From Eledone cirrhosa (taxonomy: Eukaryota), in contig OZ024762.1 in assembly GCA_964016885.1 (NCBI GenBank), positions 26,350,001-26,414,000 of the forward strand: DNA of 64,000 nucleotides. Direction: 5' to 3'. Below are positions 54,839 to 64,000 of the stretch, piece after piece. Under the pieces are notes generated by a model, which was not told where the DNA came from, did not search any database, and worked only from the letters and a program-made list of their open reading frames with translations. The number at the start of each line of letters is the position of its first letter. Within the stretch, counting starts at the first letter, position 1. Position numbers and translations under genes: made by a program.

Positions 54839-54944
54839 AGGAGGTGAGTTTTATTGTAGCACAATAAAGCAATGCAAATATCGGATAAGTAGCACTCAAG
54901 AGTTTATAGGACTTGAGTATAAATAATATAAAATCAAAATATGT

Positions 54945-55013
54945 ATTTTATTATGCACATTTCAAAAACAAATATCATCATGGGATGATATTTGCGTTCT
55001 CATCAGATAAAAT
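54945..55013 (-). ncRNA. Type I hammerhead with long stem II
   Basis: AUUUUAU CUGAUGA GAACGCAAAUAUCAUC-CCAU-GAUGAUAUUUGUUUUU GAA AUGUGCAU A/ AUAAAAU. Confidence 0.88.
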
Positions 55014-55983
55014 AGGGAGACATGATATGAAGCTTAAAAAACACTTGCGAGCAGTGAAGTGTTAAATCAACATATGAAAAATAAAATAATATGGATATAT
55101 GAGATTGGGAAAAAATAAAGGAAAGAGAGGGGGGAAGGAAAAGGTAAGGAAGAGGAAGAAAGAATATAATAAGAAAGAATATAATAAGAAAAAAATATAT
55201 AATAATAAGGAAAGGATGACGGAGGAGGAGTATAAGGAGGAAGGATGAGAGAGGAGGAGAAAATGAGTGTGAGAGAGAGAGAGATACCCTTCAATACTGA
55301 GAAACACTGTCTCACAGAGAGAAATAAAAAAAACGTTGTAAGATAATACATAATTTTAAAAAATTTAGAAATTAAAAGTTAATGAGGTTTATGAATGGTG
55401 ATGCTTATGATTAAAGAAAAAGGAATTAAGAATACTATTTATTTAAGGTTTATATATTGAAGATGTGTGAAAAGGAATTTATTAAAATGTATTATTAAAA
55501 TAAAATATATTAAGAAGATAAGGTGAATGAAGAAAAGTTTAAATGAATTATGATCTTAGAGGAATTAGTTAGGGTCCAAGTTTGTTTCTCTGTATTGTAA
55601 TAGGAAAAAGTAAATAATAGGTTTAATACGAGCATGGAAGGAGAGAAGAAAGAAGAAAATTCAAGTAAGAAAAAATATATAACGTCAAAAAAAATATATG
55701 TTTACAAAATTTACTAATGGTAATATTACTATATATTAAAAATAAAAATTTGTATGGTCGAGAATATAAGGAAAATGTTATATTATGAATTAAGAAGTAA
55801 TTGAGAAGTAAAAGTTGCAGATTAAAGATTAGAAATTAAAAAAGAAAAAAGGATAAAAAAGAAGAAAAATAGAGGACCGCTAACGACATAGTATGAGTAA
55901 ATTGTATAATATACTGAAATAAGGTAGAAAGATGGGTATATTTGTAAAAGATATAAAAGCGTTTGAGAAAAGAAGATTTTAAA

Positions 55984-56573
55984 CTAATTAGGTAGTAAGA
56001 TATTAGTTGTATACTTTATGGAAAGTTCATGGGATGTATGCAAGCAGAGCGAAAATAAATCCGTACGTCTATTTATTATAGAATTAAAATGAGAGATAAT
56101 GGTAAATTTCTCCGCTGGGCAGAGATTACATGTTCTGGATAGGGAAGAATTCACGTAAGGAGAGGCGTTGCAAACCTTCCTCCAAGAAATGTTGTAGTTA
56201 ATATGTTTGTCCTTTAAGGACCATATGAGTTCTGAGAGTGCCGTGTTAGTTCTTTTAAGTTGGTATTTAAAAGAAGAATTGTGATTATAAAATCTTACTT
56301 TAAAGGAAGTGGAAGTGGAACCAAAATAGTAAAATAATTAGTACCAGTTATAACCTTACATTCATACACTAAATTTTTATCAAGACATTGGTTACGAAGA
56401 GGACATTTAGTTCTAACAGGGAAATTGCAATTACGATTAGATAAATTATCAGAGTTATTAACAAGTGACCTAGAATTATTTATAGAAGGATTGGAGAAGT
56501 TATTTACGATAAGTGCTAAAGTTTCCTGATTTAGATTGGTGTTATGAACATTCGACAAAGTTACGTTTGGCAT
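55984..56573 (-). pseudogene. PLE GIY-YIG endonuclease domain, frameshifted
   Basis: CNFPVRTKCPLRNQCLDKNLVYECKV, frameshift, YYFGSTSTSFKVRFYNHNSSFKYQLKRTNTALSELIWSLKDKHINYNISWRKVCNASPY..CNLCPAEKFTII..INRRTDLFSLCLH. Confidence 0.88.
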
Positions 56574-56647
56574 CGTATTTAAATTTATGGAATCTAGCCT
56601 AGAGTTAACATTGACGTCGGGTTTTATATTATTTTATATTATGATTT

Positions 56648-56800
<153 letters not shown>

Positions 56801-56801
56801 C

Positions 56802-56847
<46 letters not shown>

Positions 56848-56850
<3 letters not shown>

Positions 56851-57622
56851 AGACGTAAAATAAGAAAATTATAAAATTAACTTACTAAAATATCACTTCC
56901 AACTAATTAGTTTCTGGAATGGAGTAAATATAGAGAAGCATTCCGTGACTGAGTGTGTGTGATTGTCTAACTTTTTTTACGTCTCTTATATTATTGTTCT
57001 GCAACCCCATGCATTGAACCACACTGTTATTAAGACAAAACCTATATATTTGCTAGCATTGATATGCATCTGTATGTATATATATGTTACTAGATATGAA
57101 TTCTTTATTATTATCTCCAAATTATTTGTCGAGCAATATTGGCCATGACTGCTGCTACGGTTGTAGGCAGGCCGCTGTCTTATTAGCAAACCACTTTCCA
57201 CTGATTGACCTCGATGTCACGTGTTCGATTCTTTTTGACGTAGAGGCAGTGATTTTCTCAATGGCTTGGAATTCAGTCCACGCTTCGCTATTTCCTATCC
57301 ACTGAATTCTTTTTTAATAAGTTTCCAGTGTCCTCGCTTTGCCTGGAAACTTACATGAGAATAGACTTTCCTGGCGACGGAATGCTTCTTTATATTATTC
57401 TTCGGAAAATATGTTTACTCCATTCCAGAAACTAATTAGTTGGAAGTGATATTTTAGTAAGTAAGTTAATTTTATAATTTTCTTATTTTACGTCTCTTAT
57501 ATTATTGTTCTGCAACCCCATGCATTGAACCACACTGTTATTAAGACAAAACCTATATATTTGCTAGCATTGATATGCATCTGTATGGATATATATGTTA
57601 CTAGATATGAATTCTTTATTAT
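56848..57622. mobile_element. pLTR-like module with inverted and direct terminal duplications
   Basis: 56848-56947 is an inverted copy of ~57378-57496; 56976-57113 is directly repeated at 57487-57622. Confidence 0.8.
57365..57447 (+). ncRNA. Hammerhead, A6G variant with long stem II
   Basis: ACUUUC CUGGCGA C-GGAAUG...CAUUCC-A GAA ACUAAUUAGU U/ GGAAGU. Confidence 0.7.
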
Positions 57623-57703
57623 ATATATATATATATATATATATATTTCGTTTCTGAATTTGTTTAGCAAGATTTTTTATCTGAAATCGTGTGTTGAAAC
57701 CGA

Positions 57704-58031
57704 TATTGTTATACTTTGGGAGGGTCATGTTGCCAATAAGAAACACACGCACCAGTTGATTTCACTTCAATTTATTATATATTTATAAATTTATAAATTT
57801 ACAAATTTACAAACTTATAAATTTCTGAAGAGGTCACAGAGTGTGTGACGAAAGGACTATGACTATATATATAAACAACTATCTGGTTGTGGAACCAACC
57901 AACCAACCAGAAATTTATAAGTTTGTAAATTTGTAAATTTATAAATTTATAAATATATAATAAATTGAAGTGAAAGCAACTGGTGCGTGTGTTTCTTATT
58001 GGCAACATGACCCTCCCAAAGTATAACAATA
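57704..58031. repeat. Inverted repeat with an HHR core at the arm/spacer junction
   Basis: Arms 57704-57827 and 57908-58031; CUGAAGA G-GUCACA GAGUG UGUGAC GAAA at 57825-57853. Confidence 0.85.
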
Positions 58032-58126
58032 TATATATATATATATATATATACGTATACGTTATTCCGGGTTGAAATGGAGGTAACCACAGTAAGTAAG
58101 GTACTCAATACATAGCAGAGTATAAA

Positions 58127-58246
58127 AGTTTTAATATAGATGAGATTCTACAGGACTAGAACTGTTTCATTCTTCAGAAATCATCATGATGATTTCTGAA
58201 GAATGAAACAGTTCTAGTCCTGTAGAATCTCATCTACATTAAAACT
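58127..58246. repeat. Palindrome centred inside an HHR core
   Basis: Centre ATCATCA|TGATGAT at 58186/58187; same family as 18698 and 20357. Confidence 0.9.
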
Positions 58247-58492
58247 ATATATATATTTTTTTTTACCCCCCATTGTTCTACCTACCGTTCCGACTTCCTC
58301 CACCTCCCACTCCCCAGTATCTTCTTTGATTTCATGCCCAGCTGTAGCTGGCACTACCAACGCATGATTGGGTCTACTCCACCCCCTCCCCCTTTTCTCC
58401 TACTGGCAGGTTTAGCCACCATCTCCCCTACTAATTTGCAATCACAGAATTACTACTGACTTTTGACAATCACTTTGACCATATATGGAATT

Positions 58493-58586
58493 ACCCTTTG
58501 AGAAGATCGGCTATTTAAATACCAGGATAAATTTTCATTTAGTCCAGAATTAGCCGTCGAAACGGCTTGAGCTCAGCCGTCGGGGT
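58493..58586 (+). ncRNA. Type I hammerhead, U3:A8 variant with full stem III
   Basis: ACCCU UUGAGAA GAUCGGCUA...UAGCCGUC GAA ACGGCU UGAGCUC AGCCGU C/ GGGGU; GUC cleavage triplet. Confidence 0.8.
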
Positions 58587-58678
58587 CTTACTGGTTCCTA
58601 TTACCCACTCTACTACCCTAAGTATTGAGTACTTTGGTGCGTTATGGTCCATCTGGTTCCTTACCACATTTCCTTCGT

Positions 58679-58712
<34 letters not shown>

Positions 58713-58739
58713 GTGGGTTTCCACGCAGTAACCATCAAC

Positions 58740-59044
58740 TGGTGATGGCGGTGGTGGGGCTATAAACATGATGATGATGAGGATGGTAACAGTGACAAGG
58801 ACAACGGTGATGATGATGATCATCGTGATGGTCTAAATGTTGATGATGATGATGATGATGAGGGCGATGATGTTGATAAGGATGGTGATGGTGATGGTGA
58901 TGGTGATGGTGATGGTGATGATGATGAGAATGTTTATGATAACGTTGCCGATGATGATTATGATGATGACAACGTTGATGATGATGTTTAGGATGACGAT
59001 GATGATGATGGTGTTGAATATAATGTTGATGACGATGACGATGG

Positions 59045-59082
<38 letters not shown>

Positions 59083-59093
59083 TTGATGACGAC

Positions 59094-59130
<37 letters not shown>

Positions 59131-59138
59131 TTGATGAC

Positions 59139-59176
<38 letters not shown>

Positions 59177-59325
59177 CGATGATAACGAGGATGACGATGA
59201 TAACGATAACGATGATGATGATGATGGTGTTGTATATAATGTTGATGACGACGACGATGATGATGATGATGATGATGATGACGATGATGATGATGATGAT
59301 TACGACGATGATGATGATGACGATG
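58740..59325. repeat. (GAT)n microsatellite
   Basis: Direct reading; source of the poly-M and poly-I ORFs. Confidence 0.95.
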
Positions 59326-59509
59326 GCTGTCTTAAATCGCCCCTGAATTAAGGGGGTAATGTTAAGCTGTGCCGTCTGAGTTGGACTCCCTAATACGTCA
59401 TACATTATGTATCAGAGAAGTGTTTTAAATATTCTGCTAATTCAATCGATATAACTGAACATAACAACAACAACAACAACAACAATAGCCGTAACAATAT
59501 TAACTACAA

Positions 59510-59628
59510 TAATTATTTCTACTTTAGGCACAAGGCCAGCAATTACACAGTGCATTACTGGTACTTTATTTTATCGACCCCCGTAAGGATGAAAGGCAAA
59601 GTCAACCTCGGCGGGTTTTGAACTCAGA
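59510..59628 (-). mobile_element. SINE family A, 5'-truncated, fused to a LINE fragment
   Basis: Body and tail match family A; abuts LINE sequence at 59629. Confidence 0.88.
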
Positions 59629-60480
59629 TCGAGGGCAAGTCACGTCGGTCAGGCGGTAGTAGATGACGGACGCGATGTACGCATTCGACAACTCCGTGCG
59701 ACCTTTCAGTGATAGCTTCCTCCCAGCCCATTTGTGTGTGAGACTGGCTACTCTGCTCACTACCTCGTCCCAATTCTTTTCCACCTGGAGGTCTGGTCCG
59801 AACCAAACCCCGAGCAACTTTACCGGTCCGTCCGACCAGTACCCCACGATGCTGTTGGACGGCATGGGCTTGCCTCTCCAGGTTCCGAGCTGCAAGCCCA
59901 CCGACTTTTCCGGGTTAAGTTTGGCTCCTGTCAACCTTTCATATTCCTTCAATAAGGTACCCACCACCCCGATTTCTAAGGTGTCCGACACCATCACGGT
60001 GTTGTCGTCCGCATAAGCCGACACCGCCTTTCCACGTCCCGGTTCGAGCGGGATGCCCTGCAACAGCTCCAGCTTCCGCAGTAAAGGCTCGAGAGTCAAT
60101 ACGTACAGAAGGGAAGAGGGAAGGCACCCTTGACGGACAGATCGGGAGAGCCGAAATGGTTCCGAGAGGTGACCATTAACCTTGACCACCGAACGTGTGC
60201 ATTGCAGCGATCCAGCTTCTGAAGACAGGGCCGACGCCAGCTGCTCTGAGGACAAACTCCAGATACCGATGGTCGACCCATTCGAATGCTTTCGATTGAT
60301 CTAAATTGATCAGTGTCCCACCGAGGCCAGGTTTACACCCTACCCTCTCTATGATTTATCGTATGAGGTGGAGATTGTCGTGTATGGACCTGGCTGGGAT
60401 TGCGCAAGTTTGCACCTCCTCAACCAAATCCTCGACGACATGCGCCAAACTCTTTGCTAACACCTTGGCCAAAATCTTAA
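59629..60480 (-). mobile_element. Tx1/L1 RT fragment, duplicate of 61750-62599
   Basis: SVRQG, AYADD, VKLLGVWFG. Confidence 0.9.
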
Positions 60481-60496
60481 AATAATAACAACAATA

Positions 60497-62599
60497 ATGA
60501 TTTCATTTATTAGCCACAAGGGCCGACATGTAGGGGACAATACAAAGACAGGGACAATAAGGTCGAGTAAAAGTGCACAATGGCAAGACTAATTTAACAA
60601 TGAAGATATAAAAATATAAAATAAACTATGCATAAATATAACGAAATAAATTCCTCGATAGGGGGTGGACGACCCTGAGGTGACTCCGGTACCCCACCAA
60701 TCCTGATCCACCCTGCGCTTCTAGGGCACCCAGAGAGAGCACCCCTCTCCTCAAGTTAGCTAGCCTATAGGCGCATGGTCAGAGTAGGCCCATTCACACG
60801 GGCCATTCTCGCCACATTCATGCACCTTTTAGCAAATGTACTGGGGCAGCATTTCTCTCTCCACCCTCACCTTCCTTTCCAGGTGAAACTTGAAGAAGTT
60901 GATGAGGGATTGACCGAAGAGAAAAGTGTTTGTCTTCAGTCCTTTTAATCTGGTCCACCATATAACCTCTTTCGCAACGGCCACCAGACAGAAGAAACTT
61001 TCCTGCTCTTCCTAACCTAAGGAAGGCGGCGGGTCGATCTTCACTATGGACTCGGCCGATAGCCGGATTTGTTCCACACGCGAGAGTAGCTGTTCGACAT
61101 AACTCCACAAGTCAGTAATTCACGGACATTGGACAAGTGCGTGCAGAACGGTTTCGTCGTTCTGTGCGCATCTTGGGCAGTTCCGTCTGACAGCACCTCC
61201 GTGCCTGTAGAGTTTATCCCGAACCGGCAGTTCACTCCCGGTAGCACTGCCAAGCGAGGGATGTTTGGAAATTGTTCATCGTCCCCGGCTCCAAAGTCCT
61301 CTGGTACAGACTGGTCAGTTCGACTTCGTCGAGGCCCAAAGCTTCTCCGAGTGCATCATCGCACTTGCCCACCACTAATCCTCTATAGAACTCGAGACCG
61401 GAAGTTACACTGATCGCATTGCCCGCTTGGTAGAGGGCAGTGAGTGCCTGGCAACATTCCAGGTGCCAGTCACCCAGTCTCGGTCTCTTCTTGACCCAAG
61501 ACTGCAGCTCAATCAAAGAAATGAGCTGCGGAAAGGCCCGTCTGATAAACGGCGACCACACCTGTTCACCGTTTAGGCAGAATATCTGGAGATGTCGCAG
61601 CCTCAGCGCATGTCTGCGCAACATTAGCATGCCCAGCCGTCCGCGTAGAGGGTGCTGGCAGCAGATGGCTCCCTCACCAACGGAACTTGTCCCTCCATAA
61701 GAATTTGAAGAGAAGCCGTTCCAACTTGACGCGGCGCGGACGGAGGTTAGGCATGATGGTCAGGCAGTAGTAGATGACGGACGCGATATACGCATTCGCG
61801 ACTCCGTGCGACTTTTCAGTGATAGCTTCCTCCCAGCCCATTTTTGGGTGAGACTGGCTACTCTGCTCGTTACCTCGTCCCAATTCTTTTCCACCTGAAG
61901 GTCTGGTCCGAACCAAACCCCGAGCAACTTTACCGGTCCGTCCGTCCAACGCCCCACAACGCTGTTGGACGGCATTGGCTTGCCTCTCCAGGTTCCGAGC
62001 TGCAAGCTCACCGACTTTTCCGGGTTAAGTTTGGCTCCTGTCAGCCTTTAATATTCCTTCAATAAGGTACCCACCACCCCGATTTCTAAGGTGTTCGACA
62101 CCATCACGGTGACGTCGTCCGCATAAGCCGACACCGCCTTTCCACGTCCCGGTTCGAGCGGGATGCCCTGCAACAGCTCCAGCTTCCGCAGTAAAGGCTC
62201 GAGAGTCAATACGTACAGAAGGGAAGACAGAGGGCACCCTTGACACGACCGATCGGGAGAGCCGAAATGGTTCCGAGAGGTGGCCATTAACCTTGACCAA
62301 CGAGCGTGTGCCGCTGTGCATTGCAGCAATCCAGCTTCTGAAGACAGGGCCGAAGCCAGCTGCTCTGAGGACAAACTCCAGATACCGATGGTCGACCCTA
62401 TCGAATGCTTTCGATTGATCTAAATTGATCAGTGTCCCACCGAAGCCAGGTTTACACCCTACCCTCTCTATGATGTATCGCATGAGGTGGAGATTGTCGT
62501 GTATGGACCTGGCTGGGATTGCGCAAGTTTGCGCCTTCCCAACCAAATCCTCGACGACATGCGCCAATCTCTTTGCTAACACCTTGGCCAAAATCTTAA
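60497..62599 (-). mobile_element. Tx1/L1-clade LINE, 5'-truncated and decayed
   Basis: KILAKVLAKRL, LDQSKAFDRVDH, QGCPLSSLLY, AYADD; 3' end CCCTTGTGGCTAATAAATGAAATC followed by an ATT/GTT tail. Confidence 0.92.
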
Positions 62600-62730
62600 C
62601 AATAATAATTGTTTCTACTTTCGGCACAAGGCCAGCAATTACCCAGTCTATTAACAATAATAATAACAATATTAATGACAATATCAACATTAATATCAAC
62701 AATAATGATAACAACAATGGTTATGACAAT

Positions 62731-62761
<31 letters not shown>

Positions 62762-62978
62762 ATAGCAACAACAACAATAAAAACAACAACAACAATAACT
62801 TCAACAAGAGTAACAACAACAATGGTTTCTGGTTTAGCGAAAAGGGTAACAATTTTTGGGGAAGGGAAAATCTATTAAATCAACCCCAGTGAATTACTCC
62901 CCAAAATTGTTGGCCTTCTCTCTAATTCAGAAACCACTATTAGATACTTACGGGGTCGATAAAATAAAGTACCAGTAA

Positions 62979-64000
62979 CACCGTGTAACAAACATTTTTT
63001 TTCTCTGTCCTGACTTCTAATCACTTGTTTGTGTTCCTTAGGTCCCAAATAAATAAAATAAGTGCTATTAAACAGTTAAAAGTTTGGGTTTGTAAAAATT
63101 CTAAGCTATTCACTAGAATTATTTGTATGCTGGATTTTACGTTGTATTTAAGTTTAATTTGCTTATGTTAAATGATTTGTTTATATATGTTTCAGGTTAA
63201 ATTAAAATTATAAAATAGTGAGTAATACCTACAGAAAATTATAAAAGTGCAATAAAGTATAAAATTGTTAAAAAGTGGATTAAAGAGATTTATTGATACT
63301 GGGGTACCCGAAAAAGTTCCTCACTTCCCAAACCAAAAAGAAGTCAATGACTTGGTTAGGGATATGGGTCTGACCAAGTCCAGTGCAGAGCTATTCGTCT
63401 CCAGGATGAAGCAGTGGAACTTGGTCAAGGAGGAAGTGCAGGTGACAAGTCAGAGAAGTCGACCCGAACCTTTCTCAGGCTTTTACACTCTTATGGATGG
63501 CCTCTGCTTCTGCCATGACGTGCCTGGACTGTTTGACGTTATTGGGTGCCGTTTGTGCCCAAGGAGTGGAGGCTATTTATAGACAGCTCCACCACAAGTT
63601 TGAAGGCTGTCCTCCTCGACAATGGAAACAAGTTCCCGACACTGCCCCTAGCTCATTCAGCCTGCCTGAAGGAAGATTACTACAGTGTGAAAGTCCTCTT
63701 GGAAGCTCTGCAATACAACCAGTACAATTGGGAAATCATTGGAGACTTCAAGATGGTGGATTTCCTGCTTGGACTCCAAATTCCAATGCTTCCTCTGCCT
63801 TTGGGACAGCAGAGCCACCTCTGACCACTACAAAAGAAAGAACTGGGAGCAGCGAACAGAAATTGTAGTTGGGACCCGGAACGTCATGTGGGAGCCACTG
63901 GTTGATCCCAGGATTCTGCTCATGCCGCCACTGCACATTAAGTTGGGGTTGATGAAGCAGTTTGTGAAGGCTCTCAACCAAGAATCAGCCGCTTTGAAGT
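62979..64000 (+). mobile_element. Chapaev3-type (CMC) DNA transposon, decayed, runs off the window
   Basis: Starts TAA|CACCGTGTAACAAA inside a SINE A fragment (62949-62978); frameshifted transposase NDLVRDMGLTKSSAEL, WRLFIDSSTTSLKAVLL.NGN, IGDFKMV, CLWDSRA, PPLHIKLGLMKQFVKAL. Confidence 0.8.

Larger units (their letters stand above)
54836..56575 (-). mobile_element. Penelope-like element 3' part (GIY-YIG, 3' UTR, HHR pLTR)
   Basis: Endonuclease pseudogene followed by an AT-rich UTR and an HHR on the same strand. Confidence 0.88.

Noticed and set aside
58833-59405. Poly-Met and poly-Ile ORFs
   Set aside because: (GAT)n microsatellite.

Overview
Eukaryotic, repeat-dominated window, very probably from an octopod cephalopod (inferred from the SINE family). 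No intact host gene is recognisable, and most ORFs in the track are microsatellite artefacts. Content: four decayed Tx1/L1-clade LINE copies, about 10 tRNA-derived SINE copies, three Penelope-like element (PLE) remnants with GIY-YIG endonuclease fragments, a decayed Chapaev3-type DNA transposon, two mini-MITEs, and a 12.7 kb 48/51-bp minisatellite. The main hidden signal is about 29 type I hammerhead ribozyme (HHR) motifs from many sequence families. Most sit in PLE pseudo-LTRs and fold-back palindromes between (TA)n tracts. One family is a ~440-bp ORF-less unit found at three loci as 1.3-2.1 tandem units, with a covarying HHR and an octamer motif: a candidate cephalopod non-LTR retrozyme. All ribozyme folds were made by eye, and activity is untested.
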